DNA of 64,000 nucleotides from a virus (lineage: Duplodnaviria; Caudoviricetes). The position numbers were made by a program, and so were the translations under genes. A model generated the notes under the pieces. It was not told where the DNA came from. It was given only the letters and a program-made list of their open reading frames with translations, and did not search any database. This document shows positions 17,135 to 27,692 of this stretch, piece after piece; the first letter of the stretch is position 1, and each line of letters starts with the position of its first letter. The stretch lies in IMG/VR virus record IMGVR_UViG_3300021514_000002, positions 64,001 to 128,000 of that record. The stretch is one strand, 5' to 3'.

Positions 17135-17577
17135 ATGAATATATTTACATCAGGAAAATCTGAAGAGACCTTCTCAATGATAGGTTTAACTTCATCTTCC
17201 CATGAAAGTCCACCTAAACCACATCCTATCTTTGGCATATACACAGGAAGATCGAAAGCTTCTGCATATTCAACGGCAGCGTTTGTACATTTTGCAACAG
17301 CATGTGGATCGGCGTATCGTTTACCATCGCTACCATAGTTTATTTGCGTATAACCATTGGCTATAACTAATTTAGGATGTTCAGAACGCATATAAAATTC
17401 TGTAAGACCAAGCAAATGCTTTCCTGTACCATTTTCTTTATAAGATTCATAGACGAATGGCCATTTACGCATTATTGCAAGTGCAATTCCACTTCCCATG
17501 GCTCCCGATGTATTTACTCCTTGTAATATTATCCCTTCTTCTACAGTTGTAATGTTTTTTGTAATATATTCAATCAT
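17122..17577 (-). CDS. Macrodomain (ADP-ribose binding/hydrolase) protein
   Basis: QGVNTSGAMGSGIALAI and MPKIGCGLGG motifs. Confidence 0.9.
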   Translation of the reverse strand: MIEYITKNITTVEEGIILQGVNTSGAMGSGIALAIMRKWPFVYESYKENGTGKHLLGLTEFYMRSEHPKLVIANGYTQINYGSDGKRYADPHAVAKCTNAAVEYAEAFDLPVYMPKIGCGLGGLSWEDEVKPIIEKVSSDFPDVNIFICDI

Positions 17578-17693
17578 TTAATTCAACCCTTGTTTTGTGC
17601 TTTATTGTATTATATAACAAATAACTATTTTTGTCAACTTTTAAGTGTAATTGTATAAATACATTTATGTGTGGTGCTGCAAAGGGGGAAAAC

Positions 17694-18593
17694 ATGGGAA
17701 CAAGAATACAAGGTAAAAAAAATACTAAATTTACAAATGACGAAATTTATAAGTTGTGTATAAAATATAATATTGAGTTATTAGATAATGAATATGTTGG
17801 TAATAATTATTGCCATACTTGGTTTTGTAAAGAACATAAAAAAGAACAGGTTCAACGTTTAGATAAAATACAGAGAAGTGGTGGATTAAAATGTTGTAGT
17901 CATGCAAAAAAATTAGCAAGTAACAAACAAGAACTTGATGAAATAGAAAAACAACTCAATATTACTTTATTATCAGAATATTTTTCAAATAGTAAACCTC
18001 TAACATGGAAATGTAATAAACATAATAAAATTTTTAATAGATCGTTGCAAATTATTCGCAGAACCTCACAACCCCCATGTTGTAAATGTGAAGAAAAATT
18101 AACCATAGTAAAAAATATAATTGAACCATTGGGGTATGTTTTATTAGATAAGGAATATAGTGGCTCGACGCATACTTGGTATTGCGTCCATCATGATAGA
18201 ACATATTACAATAGACGTACTACATATAAGGATTTTGAACATGGACAATTATTAAAATGTTGTGCAAATGAAAGAAATAGTGGTAAAAATCACCCTAATT
18301 ATAATCATAATGTGACAGATGAACAACGTGCAAATGATCGACGTTCTCAAAAAAATAAAACTTGGAGACAACAAGTGATAAAGCGTGATAACTTAACATG
18401 TCAACGTTGTAGTATATCGGAAACTAAAATAGTTGCACATCATCTTGAAAATTATTTAGAAAATCCAGAACTACGATATGAACCATCTAATGGGATAACA
18501 TTGTGTGTCCCCTGTCATATAGCATTTCATTCTATATATGGCAAGGGGAATACAACAAAAATCCAAACCGAAGAATGGATCAACGATTACTAA
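17694..18593 (+). CDS. HNH homing endonuclease with Zn-ribbon repeats
   Basis: Repeated WxCxxH units; CQRC...AHHL...NGITLCVPCH; opposite strand to its neighbours; TATAAATA at 17654-17661; start moved to the ATG with a GGGGGA RBS. Confidence 0.85.
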   Translation: MGTRIQGKKNTKFTNDEIYKLCIKYNIELLDNEYVGNNYCHTWFCKEHKKEQVQRLDKIQRSGGLKCCSHAKKLASNKQELDEIEKQLNITLLSEYFSNSKPLTWKCNKHNKIFNRSLQIIRRTSQPPCCKCEEKLTIVKNIIEPLGYVLLDKEYSGSTHTWYCVHHDRTYYNRRTTYKDFEHGQLLKCCANERNSGKNHPNYNHNVTDEQRANDRRSQKNKTWRQQVIKRDNLTCQRCSISETKIVAHHLENYLENPELRYEPSNGITLCVPCHIAFHSIYGKGNTTKIQTEEWINDY

Positions 18594-19096
18594 TCAAAAC
18601 TGCCACCACTGTCACTTCCGCCACTATCATAGCTACCACCACTATCGTAAGAACTACCACTATCGTAAGATGGTTCTGGTGCTGAATAAGATGGTTCTGG
18701 GGTAGGAGCTATGTATGGTTCTGGTGCAACGTAGGTTTCACGAACTTCTTCTACTGCGGCGTCAATTGCCGACACATCATCCTCAATGCTGCTTGTTTCT
18801 TCAACAACATCGGCAGTAATTTCAGCTGCTTCTACATCTTGTGCATCAAAAACGTCAGTCAAAAGTGCGAGTAATATTAGGTCTTCAATCAGACTGTCAT
18901 CATTGACACTGTAATAACGACCACCACGACGATAATATTTCGCACGATAGTGACTGGTACTTTGGAAATGTTCTGAGTTTTTCTTTAATTGTTCAAGCAC
19001 GTCCGCCCTTTTTACCGCCTCGGTTGAAGGTGTTGGCGCAGCAAGAGTTTCTTTCTTCTTACCAAAGCCAAAAAATGATTTGATCCAATTCCACAT
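18590..19096 (-). CDS. Hypothetical protein with low-complexity SYDSGG/PEP tail
   Basis: C-terminal SYDSG repeats. Confidence 0.75.
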   Translation of the reverse strand: MWNWIKSFFGFGKKKETLAAPTPSTEAVKRADVLEQLKKNSEHFQSTSHYRAKYYRRGGRYYSVNDDSLIEDLILLALLTDVFDAQDVEAAEITADVVEETSSIEDDVSAIDAAVEEVRETYVAPEPYIAPTPEPSYSAPEPSYDSGSSYDSGGSYDSGGSDSGGSFD

Positions 19097-19187
19097 ATTT
19101 AAATCCTCTTATTTTATAGTTAACATTATTAATCTGTAATAATATTAACACAATAATAACTAAAATGCAAGCTTAATTGGTTAAAAA

Positions 19188-19535
19188 TTAACAACCTGGT
19201 AATTCATCTTCTTTTATTTCTATAACGATTTCGTCTAATGTTTCAACCACAAGATCAATTTCTATATCCCCATTTTCGAATCGCTTTTGCTCCTCAAAAG
19301 GGACAGCCATCGTTCTATAATGTTCCATCATGACACATTGTAATACACCTATCGCATCGTTTATTTCACCGTATGATTCACTATAGCACATTCGCAATAA
19401 ACGTGTAATAGAATAATTCAAATTTCCTTCCATGTTATTCAGATCATCATCTAATTCTAAATCTACTAATGCTTTATGTAAATTATCTATAACTGTATCT
19501 AGGGCATCTCTTTTTGATTGTTTAATGTATGGCAT
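19188..19535 (-). CDS. Conserved-type phage hypothetical protein
   Basis: MPYIK...GNLNYSITRL pattern. Confidence 0.7.
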   Translation of the reverse strand: MPYIKQSKRDALDTVIDNLHKALVDLELDDDLNNMEGNLNYSITRLLRMCYSESYGEINDAIGVLQCVMMEHYRTMAVPFEEQKRFENGDIEIDLVVETLDEIVIEIKEDELPGC

Positions 19536-19538
19536 GTG

Positions 19539-19961
19539 TTAATCTCCTATAACTTTCATTGCATCTTCATAATTTGTTATCGCGTGTGAAACATTAGGAA
19601 TAAATTTATCATTTAATGTATCTTTTACTAATTCCATTATTTCAAATGAACAATTGTCAGGATGTTTAATACTGTCCGCCTCTGGATTTTCTTCGCTTAA
19701 AGGATTCACTAAACATTCCCAAAGACCATATGTATTTCGTATCCACATTCCAAATCCAAGATGTTCCATGGCTAAATCACTACTATTAATACCCTTAAAA
19801 TATAATTTATCTTCTTCTGATAATCTATTAGTAATAATATCGTAAATAATCTCATCACGCGTTAGAAGCATGTCAGAAGTGAGACCAATCGTAACACCTT
19901 CTTCATATTCAAAATTTTTATCTTTTATTACATTATTTTCTTTAACTATATAATTTACCAC
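19539..19961 (-). CDS. Hypothetical protein (DUF6794-like)
   Basis: HLGFGMWIRNTYGLW...HPDNCS. Confidence 0.6.
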   Translation of the reverse strand: MVNYIVKENNVIKDKNFEYEEGVTIGLTSDMLLTRDEIIYDIITNRLSEEDKLYFKGINSSDLAMEHLGFGMWIRNTYGLWECLVNPLSEENPEADSIKHPDNCSFEIMELVKDTLNDKFIPNVSHAITNYEDAMKVIGD

Positions 19962-20251
19962 TCATCTTTCTCCAAAATCACACATCATTTTTGTATTATA
20001 ACGCGTATATTAATATTTTTCAACCAGTTATAGAATTTCCATTGAAGCATTAAATCGTTTATCATTAATACTAGTTTTTAATATCTTAATAACATCAGGC
20101 CATAACATACCAACGGTTATTTCAATATCATATACTAGGTTTAAATAAATTCTAAGTTCTTCTAAATTTTCAAAGGTATCAATATCTAACGATGAATCAT
20201 CTTGACCAATTAGTATACCAATTTGTACTATTGAAAATTGATACGAATCTG

Positions 20252-20827
20252 TCATTGTCTAATACCATATTCATCTAAATTATCAAAGAAGAAATCAACA
20301 AACACATCTTCTTCATTTTCGTTTTTAAAATTGAACACAGGGATTTCCATTTCATTGGCATAAGCAATCGCTTGTCCAGTACCACCCGTTTCTTTCGAGC
20401 GGGTTTCTTTTGTGGTACATCCATCTGGTGTCCAACATAAAATAAATTTGCTTGGTTCATCTAAACCAAACCCCATAACTTGTTGCATATTTCTAGCCAT
20501 GAATTTTTTTGTTGATTGTTTTATATGTTTCCATGATGCACCATATATGTCACCTGCAACTTCAAAAGCTTCAATTGGTATATTATATAACGGTGAATCT
20601 GAACCATTAAAACATTCCCATGGAAGATATATTTCTTTTTTGCCATTTGCTTTATCGCAACCATTTTCAAATGCATGATCGGCACCATCCGCAGCACCGC
20701 TGCGAAGTGTCATACCTAATTTACCTAACCAATATCCCCATCTTCTAAGACGTGATAATGGTGTTGCTTCCAAATGATCAATCATTGGACCTGGTGTTAA
20801 ACGAGCACCGATTCCAGTATAAAACAT
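20252..20827 (-). CDS. DprA/SLOG-like Rossmann-fold protein
   Basis: YTGIGAR, LRSGAADGAD, GGTGQA. Confidence 0.75.
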   Translation of the reverse strand: MFYTGIGARLTPGPMIDHLEATPLSRLRRWGYWLGKLGMTLRSGAADGADHAFENGCDKANGKKEIYLPWECFNGSDSPLYNIPIEAFEVAGDIYGASWKHIKQSTKKFMARNMQQVMGFGLDEPSKFILCWTPDGCTTKETRSKETGGTGQAIAYANEMEIPVFNFKNENEEDVFVDFFFDNLDEYGIRQ

Positions 20828-20833
20828 TATTAT

Positions 20834-21808
20834 CTAAAACCCCATCTTCTTTTCATTATCTTCATAATAAGATACGGTTGCTTCCATCATTGACTGTAAA
20901 CGTTTAGCCGCTTCATTAACCGTTTTACCAAAACATTCCACGGATATGATAAGTTCTTTTAAATGTGCTACAGAAAATCCTTTTGATAACTCGACCCAAG
21001 TTTCTAATTCCCGCTGATTATTATTAAGTCGTGGATTTTTGCATGAAAGGTAATGTTTTCTTGCTGCGTCTGTTGGCATTCCAATTTTTATAATTTCATC
21101 GAAACGGCTTGGACGATTTATAAATCGTTTATCAAGTCTTTGTGGATAATTTGTCGTTGCAACAAACACAACGTTATCGATTTGCAATTCGCCATCTAAC
21201 ATTGCTAACACTTCCGATTCGCCATATTCCTGAACGATAGCATCTATATCTTCAAAAATACAAACCAATGGACGCTTTGGTTCAATGCGCCGTAAAATAT
21301 CTAAACCACTAGATGTTAATGATGGGTTAACACAATATACGGTGATACCACCAGCATCAACGATCTGTTTAGATAACTGTTGAACTGTCGAAGTCTTGCC
21401 ACTACCAGGAGGTCCCCATAGCATAATACCGCGCTTCCATAAAAAACCGTAATCACGGAATATATCTTCGCGTCCCCAAAACTCTTCAATATGTTTTAAT
21501 ACGTGTTCGGAATTACTATCGGGAAGTACAATGAGATTATCTAAATTAATATCACGTTTGGAAAAATACACACCTGATGATGAAGAATGTTTAACAACAT
21601 ATTGCCCCGGTGTAAGTTCATCAACAGCAGATTCGGCAGGGAAGAAATCTTGTCCAGAGGTTGCCCACATTTTAACGTCTATCCTTTTGTCCTTATCCTC
21701 GTCTGAAGCTGATTCGTCTATAGAATCAGCACGTGGCGGATATTTCGCACCTGTGGATTGTTTATTGGTGTTGACAATTTCAACAAATTCATCTATATCA
21801 TCTTTCAT
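20834..21808 (-). CDS. AAA+ ATPase
   Basis: Walker A GPPGSGKT, Walker B IFEDID, TTNYP, RPSRFD. Confidence 0.93.
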   Translation of the reverse strand: MKDDIDEFVEIVNTNKQSTGAKYPPRADSIDESASDEDKDKRIDVKMWATSGQDFFPAESAVDELTPGQYVVKHSSSSGVYFSKRDINLDNLIVLPDSNSEHVLKHIEEFWGREDIFRDYGFLWKRGIMLWGPPGSGKTSTVQQLSKQIVDAGGITVYCVNPSLTSSGLDILRRIEPKRPLVCIFEDIDAIVQEYGESEVLAMLDGELQIDNVVFVATTNYPQRLDKRFINRPSRFDEIIKIGMPTDAARKHYLSCKNPRLNNNQRELETWVELSKGFSVAHLKELIISVECFGKTVNEAAKRLQSMMEATVSYYEDNEKKMGF

Positions 21809-22070
21809 TATTATACCTTAATTTATATGTGTTGTATCGAATTTATACCAGCCCATTTTATTCATTTCAGCTTCCGGTAATGATTGGACAGTTACACCAG
21901 CGCGGGTACATAATATAGTAACGTCGTCTGGTATAGTTGGTTGTAATTGTTCAGCAAACAATTGCATTTGTGTAGGATGAATATCATCGGGAAATGTTAT
22001 AACAACAACATCGCCAGCATGAGGACTTAGCGTCTGAAAAGCTATAGTAGCTTTATTATATACTTTATAA

Positions 22071-22526
22071 TCATCTTCCACTTAATAACTCCTTGACAAC
22101 TTTACTTGCCAATCCACCATCATATTGACCAGCGTAGTTATATTTTAACCACTTCATTACCGAACCCATTAACTTGGGCGAGATTTCATCAAGTGTAACA
22201 ATACGGGTTTGAACGGCGGTGCGAATATCTTCTTCTGTCATCTGTGATGGTAAATAGTGTGATAATAAATCATTTTCATCCCGTGCGTTCAGATATGAAT
22301 TTGATTCAGATTCTGCGTAACCCATTAACTCTGTATTATTTTTAACGAATTTTTTAATTACTGCGACAACTTCTTCATCCGTTGTTTCGCGATTACCTGC
22401 GTTCTTACCAATCATAATAGCCTCACCCAGTAGAGTGGTTAATAGCGTAGCTTCTACTGTTTGGCTATTTTTTCTTGCTTGTAGTTGGTCTTTTTTGATT
22501 TGTAATATAAGAGACATAGTTTCCAC
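22071..22526 (-). CDS. YqeY/GatB-C-domain protein
   Basis: AMK-type helical pattern, YLPSQMTEEDI, MGSVMK, YDG. Confidence 0.8.
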   Translation of the reverse strand: METMSLILQIKKDQLQARKNSQTVEATLLTTLLGEAIMIGKNAGNRETTDEEVVAVIKKFVKNNTELMGYAESESNSYLNARDENDLLSHYLPSQMTEEDIRTAVQTRIVTLDEISPKLMGSVMKWLKYNYAGQYDGGLASKVVKELLSGR

Positions 22527-22619
22527 CTATAGTTATTTGTAATAAGTATTACATAAGGAAATGCTAATGTCAAGGTTACGAATAGAAATATAGGGAAATA
22601 CTAATAGTAAAGTTATTAC

Positions 22620-23069
22620 TTACCAAGGAATCAAATCTTCGTAACAACCACCTGTATTGATTAGGTTACGAACTAGACTTGAGCTTACAAATATATTTTC
22701 AGGTGAGGGGGTTATATAAATGGTTTGTGCATTAAATCGTCGCGTGAATGTTTCATATGTCATTTCGTAATCGAAGTCGGTATTATTTCTTAAACCGCGT
22801 ACGATTACAACAGTTTGCTTCTGTTCTGTTATATAATCATTGATATTTCCAGTGAATCCTTCAACTTTAAACATATTCATATGGTGGGATAGTGTATTTC
22901 TTACCATATCAATTCGTTTATCGTGTGTAAACATATGTTCTTTAGTATCGCTATTCATTACCAAAACAGAAACAGATGTTCCCAGTGTAGTAATACTTGC
23001 TATCTTATTAATGATATCAAGATGTCCGTTAGTTATTGGGTCAAAGCTGCCGGGATATATGAATTTCAT
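22620..23069 (-). CDS. coaD: Phosphopantetheine adenylyltransferase-like
   Basis: YPGSFDPITNGHLDII, VRGLRNNTDFDYE, VSSSLVR. Confidence 0.85.
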   Translation of the reverse strand: MKFIYPGSFDPITNGHLDIINKIASITTLGTSVSVLVMNSDTKEHMFTHDKRIDMVRNTLSHHMNMFKVEGFTGNINDYITEQKQTVVIVRGLRNNTDFDYEMTYETFTRRFNAQTIYITPSPENIFVSSSLVRNLINTGGCYEDLIPW

Positions 23070-23085
23070 TTATGCTCTCCAAATT

Positions 23086-23111
23086 AAAAGGGGACATGTT
23101 TGTCCCCTTTT
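23086..23111. terminator. Intrinsic terminator (bidirectional form)
   Basis: aaaaggggaca-tgtt-tgtcccctttt. Confidence 0.8.
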
Positions 23112-23123
23112 AATATTGTTGGT

Positions 23124-24608
23124 TTACGTTGTGGCTTCCACCTGTTCACGCACTTCTTCAAACGTATATTCTTTAGTAATTTTACCATTTAAGAATACAG
23201 TTTTAAGTTGTGGATTAGGATAAACACCTTCTCTGTCAGTAAAGTAATTACCATTGACAGCATTTTTATATAACATCAATCGTCCGCGTTTACTCTTCTT
23301 ATTGGTTACGCCATCAGAAGTAATAGGATCTTTATAAACGTCGACATCTTCGCCGTCAATCTTCGCCCATGATGCTTTCATTGCAAATTGATTGGTATCG
23401 CGATCAACTTGTTGAAGCAATCCACCACCTTGACCCAAGACTACATTGTCAGAACTAAATCCATACCCAACTAATGTTGATAAGATATCTTCAATACTTT
23501 CAATATTAATACCATCACCTTGTAAAATACGAACATTATTCAGTACTTTATAACCCTTACTATTAACAGTGCTACCATAAGTAGAATCAATTAACATTGC
23601 AATTTTTGAAACAACTTCTGCAGGGTTTCCACTGTCTGGACGGATAACCAATTGTGAACCACAAGCCAAAACTTCTTCTTTTAGTTCCTTGCCCCACAAT
23701 TCACCAACAGCGTTATAGATGTCATATGAATCAGAGACCACTGAAATAATAGGATATTTTCCACCGAACTGTTTAAGCATATTACGATACGCAGCCAATT
23801 CGCCTTTTTTCATCCAAGTAGTAATAGAACTATGTTCAGCCGCTGGCACAGACCATGCTAACATGTTCCGTGTGTTGTAGTATTTCATGGCATAAATGAT
23901 ACCAGTAATAGTATCTGTACCCTTGAAATTAAGTAAGTGTGCAGAACCGCCGATACCAGCACTTTCTTTTGAACTTACGCCACGTGCGCCAAAGTCATGC
24001 AGTTTAAAATCTAAACCAGCCATAGCTGCTTCATCTGCCGTTTCTTCCATGTATTGACGGATAATCTGTTTAGAAGTCCAACTATTTGACGCAACAGTCA
24101 TAGGATACCAAACGGCTCTATGAATTGAAGTTTCAATATAAGAAGTCAACCATGGCACATTATCATCAGTATTTTCAATTGTAACAACTGCATTTTTGAA
24201 TGGTAGCACTGTACCTTCTGCGACTGCTTTTACTTCAACTGGTAAGTAACCATCTAAGTTATTGACGATATAGTCCCAACCTACGCGGTTGAAAGGCTCG
24301 CCATGTAAGAAGAAGAAAACTTCTGCTTGGTCGACCATTTCTTTGGTGACGCGCTTGGCTAGATATTTCTTTAGATAAATTTGTAAACCGTAGAAAACAG
24401 TACGTTCATATTTTCCACCGCGCGATTCAATATATGAAAACACACGTGTTGTGTTTGGAGGGTATTGTAACCAGTGACTGGCTTTATAAGAATCTACATC
24501 CAGTAAAATATTTTCTTCTGGATCAAAAGAATCAAAATCTAATTCGGGTGGGTTTGTTAGCCATTCTTGTGGAAAGCTAATTGGTTGTTCTAATGTTTTA
24601 ATATTCAT
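23124..24608 (-). CDS. nadV: Nicotinamide phosphoribosyltransferase
   Basis: DSYKASH, LHDFGARG, VPAAEHS, VSDSYD, IRPDSG, QGDGI. Confidence 0.96.
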   Translation of the reverse strand: MNIKTLEQPISFPQEWLTNPPELDFDSFDPEENILLDVDSYKASHWLQYPPNTTRVFSYIESRGGKYERTVFYGLQIYLKKYLAKRVTKEMVDQAEVFFFLHGEPFNRVGWDYIVNNLDGYLPVEVKAVAEGTVLPFKNAVVTIENTDDNVPWLTSYIETSIHRAVWYPMTVASNSWTSKQIIRQYMEETADEAAMAGLDFKLHDFGARGVSSKESAGIGGSAHLLNFKGTDTITGIIYAMKYYNTRNMLAWSVPAAEHSSITTWMKKGELAAYRNMLKQFGGKYPIISVVSDSYDIYNAVGELWGKELKEEVLACGSQLVIRPDSGNPAEVVSKIAMLIDSTYGSTVNSKGYKVLNNVRILQGDGINIESIEDILSTLVGYGFSSDNVVLGQGGGLLQQVDRDTNQFAMKASWAKIDGEDVDVYKDPITSDGVTNKKSKRGRLMLYKNAVNGNYFTDREGVYPNPQLKTVFLNGKITKEYTFEEVREQVEATT

Positions 24609-24655
24609 AGGAAATCCTCCTAAGTTGTTGTTATCCGCGAAGTCTATCTTCGCGG
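24608..24655 (-). promoter_or_regulatory. 5' UTR motif: G-ANAGA-C hairpin plus GGAGGATTTCC RBS hairpin (copy 1)
   Basis: CCGCGAAG-ATAGA-CTTCGCGG ... TAGGAGGATTTCCTATG; promoter TTGACT-N17-TATAAT at 24663-24691. Confidence 0.75.
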
Positions 24656-24914
24656 GTGTTGTATTATATATTACTATAGTATATTAGTCAAGCCTTATTT
24701 TGGCTTTGTAAATCCAATATTACTAATGCAAGATTGGCCAATTCTACATCATCTGTAAAATTATGAAGACAGGATTGTTTTGCTTCTGTTGTTACACCAT
24801 CATTTGAAAGTAACGAAAGCACATGTGGTGATGCTTTTTTTACTCTTGTGAGTAACTCATTAATTTCATCTTCGAATTCAACAAGATCAATCTGTAATTG
24901 TTTCATTTTACCCA

Positions 24915-25151
24915 TTATATTTTCCCCTTTTTAATACAAGTATAAACATCATCACGAAATTGTGTATCGTTCAGTCCCCATTCTAATGCAAGACATTGTA
25001 ATTCACTTGGTAATTCCATAAAGAAGCTTTTTAAATCTGTCTCGTCATAAGACTTTCCACATGCCTCATATATCGCATCATGGAGACCTGCCCCGTTATT
25101 ATTCGCAAAGACTTCTTTCACCATTGCAATTTTAAATTCTGGACTAAACAT
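24915..25151 (-). CDS. Hypothetical protein (tandem paralog)
   Basis: HDAIYEACG...EWGLNDTQFRDDVY, shared with 25162-25404. Confidence 0.75.
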   Translation of the reverse strand: MFSPEFKIAMVKEVFANNNGAGLHDAIYEACGKSYDETDLKSFFMELPSELQCLALEWGLNDTQFRDDVYTCIKKGKI

Positions 25152-25161
25152 TATAACCTTC

Positions 25162-25404
25162 CTATATTAGCGTTCCCGCTGCCTTTTGTGTTGTAATATA
25201 AACATAAACCTCGTCACCAAAGACGGTATCGCTTAGTCCCCATTCAACCGCAGTCATTTGAATACGATGAGGTAATTTTAAAAATAATGCTATCAATTTT
25301 TCTTTAGGATGTGAAATTCCACTGGCTTCGTACACAACATCATGGAAATCATCATAATCTTCATAATTTTCAAAAAGCGAATTAACTGTTGGCATCAAAT
25401 CCAT
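25162..25404 (-). CDS. Hypothetical protein (tandem paralog)
   Basis: HDVVYEASG...EWGLSDTVFGDEVY. Confidence 0.75.
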   Translation of the reverse strand: MDLMPTVNSLFENYEDYDDFHDVVYEASGISHPKEKLIALFLKLPHRIQMTAVEWGLSDTVFGDEVYVYITTQKAAGTLI

Positions 25405-25405
25405 A

Positions 25406-26554
25406 TTATTTCTCCGGCAATCTTGCTAACATTTGTTTTATAATGTGGTAATGATCTTCAAACATTTGATCTTCCATTTTTTCAAACACGTTCAATGGAA
25501 TCCATTTTGCTTTGTCAGCGTCGTCACTACCTTTAACCTTTGGTAATTCCCCCGCAGCCAACTCAATAATATAAGTATGTGTGATAATCCTGCCGCGCAG
25601 TGAACGTTCTGGATGTTCAAATACATGTGAGCTTTTAATACTTCCCTTCAGTACAGGAACAGGAACTTTAATTTTGGTTTCTTCGCGCAATTCACGAAGA
25701 GCACCGTCTATTGACCATTCCTTGTGATTTAAATAACCACCAGGCATCGCATATAATCCACGACCAGGCTCTGCTTTACGTCGTACTAATAATACGTGGC
25801 CTGCTTGAATTACCACCACATCCACTGTATTGAAGTATGGTTTATATGGTGCTACTACATAATTACGGCGCAAACATTCAATAGCGTTTCTTACTGCCGT
25901 TTCCGAACTACCAGTATATCGGGATATTTCGTTTTCTAAGAAATAATCTAACATAGCACTCATATCGTACATGCGATCATGTCCAATTTGAAAATTATAT
26001 TCGCGTACAAGTTGTTCATATTCACGTGTCAACATGAACGATTTTAAGTAATCATGAATTCCTTTTGGAAGATTGGTTCCAATTTTTCCATCAAAATCTT
26101 CGTTTTTGAATAAAGCTTCGCGGATATCTGTCGCATGTAAATCAGCAATATTATTTACGTTAATCGTTTTCCATTGTGGAAACATCTTAAGATAATAAGA
26201 GGTTTCATCTTTAGAATATCCAATGATACCATTTTTATCTTCATCGTTAATGTGTGGCTGAACGACTTCTTGTACTTGTTTAACCCACGCAGGATCGTTA
26301 TACATAACATCACGCAATGGTAAAATAGTAACTCTATCTTGTAATTCATAAGGTAACGATGAATAAATCATCTCAGCACGTTCATGCCATAGCCACGGAT
26401 TCTTAGGTGTACGTGGTTGATTAGCGGAGCCAATCAATATAATAACTTGATTTGCCATGTTTAAAGCTCTCATGACAGTTTCAATATGTGCATTATGTGC
26501 TGGTTGAAATCTACCAATATACATAATGTTATTGTATTCGTATTTTTGGTTCAT
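25406..26554 (-). CDS. nadM: Bifunctional NMN adenylyltransferase / Nudix hydrolase
   Basis: IGRFQPAHNAH (HIGH-type) plus Nudix box GG...ALRELREET; start moved to MNQKY. Confidence 0.93.
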   Translation of the reverse strand: MNQKYEYNNIMYIGRFQPAHNAHIETVMRALNMANQVIILIGSANQPRTPKNPWLWHERAEMIYSSLPYELQDRVTILPLRDVMYNDPAWVKQVQEVVQPHINDEDKNGIIGYSKDETSYYLKMFPQWKTINVNNIADLHATDIREALFKNEDFDGKIGTNLPKGIHDYLKSFMLTREYEQLVREYNFQIGHDRMYDMSAMLDYFLENEISRYTGSSETAVRNAIECLRRNYVVAPYKPYFNTVDVVVIQAGHVLLVRRKAEPGRGLYAMPGGYLNHKEWSIDGALRELREETKIKVPVPVLKGSIKSSHVFEHPERSLRGRIITHTYIIELAAGELPKVKGSDDADKAKWIPLNVFEKMEDQMFEDHYHIIKQMLARLPEK

Positions 26555-26599
26555 CTGGAAATCCTCCAAATAGTAATTATGATTAAGTCTGTCTCAATC
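26554..26599 (-). promoter_or_regulatory. 5' UTR motif (copy 2)
   Basis: GATTGAG-ACAGA-CTTAATC ... TGGAGGATTTCCAGATG. Confidence 0.72.
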
Positions 26600-27413
26600 G
26601 TTATTTGTAAATATTATAACACAATTTTCTTAATTGTGCCAATTATAATTAGTGTAAATTTCTGTAGTAGTTATTACATTTTGGTTGTATACAACCATCT
26701 ACAAAAAATAAATATTTTCTATGTAAACTACTACCACATTCATCACATATACTAATACTACCTTCCTTAATTATTCTACCGAGAGGTGCTATTAGCTCTG
26801 GTACGTCTGTTATTGGCTCTGGTACGTCTGGTAATTTTTTTTGTACTACACGAAGTTTTATATCCTTATAAAATAACATAATTTCTTTAGTGTGCCATTC
26901 TTTAATTAAATGTTTTAATCGTTCTGTTGTTAGTTCTGCCTTGAAATAAAAACAGACCTCGCGCTCATTATTTTCTCTATCTTTAATAGAAACATTTTTA
27001 TTGCAAAGAATCTTTAGTTCGCGACATTCCTTAAGAAAATTGACAGCTTCTGACGGTTCAAGTGAAATTTCCGCAGGCACACCACCTTTCTTTTTGGCTT
27101 CTGTAATTAGTGAATCCATTGCCAACATCATTTTATTTTTAATCGTCATTAACATCGTTTTGCCTTTTAATGTCTTTGATTTCTTTGGTTATGTTAACGA
27201 CCGCTGCGACTGCAACATCTCTTATAATAGTTATTGTTTGTTTAATTTCCGCTTCTGTTTTTAATTCCCATTCTTTTTCCGCATCATTAAAGTTGAGAAA
27301 AAGGAATACAATAAGAGCAGTAATCAAAACAGACCAAAATAAATTATCAATTATAATGAGTTGAACCACCCAAAGTATTAATATAACAAAACAACCCGCT
27401 AAGATAATTGGAA

Positions 27414-27692
27414 TCATTGTATTACCTCATAACATGTATAGCTTTCTCTACAAGCCCATAAACTACCATCAGAATGTCGTTGCATTTTAACAGTATTATA
27501 TGAGCGCCTACTATTATCAATATGAATAGGAGGTATAGATTCAACATTTGGTGTTGAATAAGAAATATCGTCATTAATACTATTTTTTACGCTATTCCCC
27601 GCACCGATAGCAATGATGAAAAGAATTGTTATAATTGCCATAACAACAATTAATTCAATTAATGTAAATCCTTTCTCTTTCATGTCTACCAT
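27414..27692 (-). CDS. Prepilin-type N-terminal methylation motif protein
   Basis: KGFTLIELIVVMAIITIL. Confidence 0.75.
   Translation of the reverse strand: MVDMKEKGFTLIELIVVMAIITILFIIAIGAGNSVKNSINDDISYSTPNVESIPPIHIDNSRRSYNTVKMQRHSDGSLWACRESYTCYEVIQ

Noticed and set aside
18593-18730. Short tandem repeats (ctaccaccactatc, atggttctgg)
   Set aside because: Explained by the low-complexity SYDSGG/PEP coding tail of ORF 18590-19096.
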